From an uncultured bacterium (GTDB taxonomy: Bacteria > Acidobacteriota > HRBIN11 > JAKEFK01), in NCBI GenBank assembly GCA_963777505.1, contig CAVZQN010000001.1, positions 416,001 through 480,000 of the forward strand: a stretch of 64,000 nt of DNA, written 5' to 3'. The position numbers and the translations under genes are program-made. This document shows positions 62,657 to 64,000 of this stretch, piece after piece; the stretch's first letter is position 1; each line of letters starts with the position of its first letter. The notes below the pieces were generated by a model that had not been told where the DNA came from, ran no database searches, and worked only from the letters and a program-made list of their open reading frames with translations.

Positions 62657-63841
62657 TTAAAAATTCTCGGAATCAATTGCCAGGACCAATCGTTCCGCTT
62701 CCTTATAATATTTGGACTCGCTCGGAGCCGTTTGCATGATTTTGTTGCAATGGCTTTTTGCAATGTCCCATTCACGCAAGGATGCAAATGTCAGGGCAAG
62801 ATTCATCAACGGTTCAGGACGCGATTTATCCAATTCATTTGCTTTTTGGAAAAACGGGATCGCATCATTCCGATTCTGCCCGTTCTGTAGAATCCATACG
62901 CCCATGCCATTGTAAGGTTTCCATTCATCTTCACCTTTGGTCAATGCGGATTCATATTGCTGGCGCGATTCCTCCACTAAATTGGCTGCTGAATAAAGTT
63001 CGCCAAGATTGTAGTGAGCTTCCCAATTTTGAGGATTTAGTTCCAGAGCTTTGAGAAATGCTTTTTCAGCTGTTTCGAATTGTCCTAGTATGACGGAATA
63101 AAGCCCAAGACGAAGGTGGTCGTCATAAGAATTCCGTCTTCGAATACATTCGTAGGTTTCATCGATGGCTTCCTGAAACATTCCTTGAGAGGCGAGAAGT
63201 CCGCAGAGCTGTTCGCGCAGTAGGTGTGCATCAGGCACATATTGAAGTCCTTTTCTGTAAACGTCTATCGCCTCTTCCGGCTTTCCTGCCAAAGCTAAAA
63301 GCGCACCCAGGGCAAAATAACCTTTTACAAAAAGCGGATTGCTATTTACCGATGCTACGAGATGTTTCAATGCATCAACTACTTTTCCCTGATCTGCACA
63401 AATACAGGCCAGTTCATAGTGACCAAGCGTATCCTGTGGGTTCATTTGAATCGCTTTTTGAGCTGCTTGTTCGGCTTCCTGCTTCCTTCCTAATAATGAA
63501 AAACAGCGAGCAAAATACCCATGAATTTCAAGCCGCGGATTGGACGCTTCGGCTTTTGAAAAATATTCGAGTGCCTTTACGGTATCTCCTTTTTCCAGTT
63601 CACTGATGCCGCGAAATGTTAACGCTTGAGGTTCAGCGGAATTGATGGAGATCGCTTCGTCCAACAAGCGATCTCCTTTTTCAGTATCCCCTTGTATGAA
63701 TGCAATTCTTCCAAGCCAAATAATTGCATCCGAAGAACGCGGATCCATCGAAAGAACTTTCGAGAAACAATTCTCAGCATCTTTCAATTTCAAATTACGT
63801 GCGAATTCCGTTCCTTGATCCATCAATTGGGTAGTGTTCAT
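62657..63841 (-). CDS. All-TPR protein
   Basis: About 11 TPR repeats; no signal peptide; AGGAG RBS. Confidence 0.88.
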   Translation of the reverse strand: MNTTQLMDQGTEFARNLKLKDAENCFSKVLSMDPRSSDAIIWLGRIAFIQGDTEKGDRLLDEAISINSAEPQALTFRGISELEKGDTVKALEYFSKAEASNPRLEIHGYFARCFSLLGRKQEAEQAAQKAIQMNPQDTLGHYELACICADQGKVVDALKHLVASVNSNPLFVKGYFALGALLALAGKPEEAIDVYRKGLQYVPDAHLLREQLCGLLASQGMFQEAIDETYECIRRRNSYDDHLRLGLYSVILGQFETAEKAFLKALELNPQNWEAHYNLGELYSAANLVEESRQQYESALTKGEDEWKPYNGMGVWILQNGQNRNDAIPFFQKANELDKSRPEPLMNLALTFASLREWDIAKSHCNKIMQTAPSESKYYKEAERLVLAIDSENF

Positions 63842-63852
63842 GATTTCTCTCC

Positions 63853-64000
63853 TTATACCGCCGGCTGCGTGTTACGCGTTCTTTTATCATTCAATTCATT
63901 GGTCTTTTTATTCTGACGCTCATCGGACTGATCTGACGGAACATCAGATTTACGTGATAGGCTGAAGGCGATATCCAATAGAGCCATCAACGATCCTCCA
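63853..64000 (-). CDS. 3' end of an unknown gene upstream of the TPR gene (partial)
   Basis: Open frame GGSLMALLDIAFSLSRK...RNTQPAV*; the stop overlaps the TPR gene RBS. Confidence 0.5.
   Translation of the reverse strand, partial: GGSLMALLDIAFSLSRKSDVPSDQSDERQNKKTNELNDKRTRNTQPAV

Noticed and set aside
1-64000. Numerous short antisense or nested ORFs, and rRNA, tRNA, integrase or transposase genes
   Set aside because: The short ORFs are shadows of well-supported genes and lack an RBS or motifs. I recognised no structural RNA or mobility gene by eye, though a covariance-model scan could still find small ncRNAs.

Overview
A 64 kb bacterial chromosomal window of moderate GC, most likely Acidobacteriota. 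That placement rests on the ADOP duplicated orphan permeases with an acidobacterial PadR, several Hanks-type Ser/Thr kinases, a DUF5916 gene and GTAG-type REP-like hairpins. It is a mosaic of accessory and housekeeping genes, and I found no rRNA, tRNA, CRISPR array, integrase or transposase. About a dozen single-base frameshifts and one 2.4 kb scrambled block (42.8-45.3 kb) point to long-read or MAG consensus errors. Highlights: (1) a 2149-aa apparently cytoplasmic protein built as kinase-kinase-STAND/AAA ATPase-helical region-two OppA-like (SBP family 5) domains, an NLR-like peptide-sensing kinase architecture; (2) an NpmA/KamB-type 16S rRNA m1A1408 aminoglycoside-resistance methyltransferase homolog whose N-terminus is interrupted by two in-frame TGA codons; (3) several orphan proteins with export-substrate-like N-termini, one carrying a papain-like Cys-His-Asp triad; (4) a 3.6 kb segment bounded by a 321-bp duplication of the 3' end of an ICL/PEP-mutase gene; (5) tandem paralogous glucose/sorbosone-dehydrogenase-PKD genes with different repeat numbers; (6) several clear operator arrays. 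All family assignments come from motif recognition by eye, not database searches.
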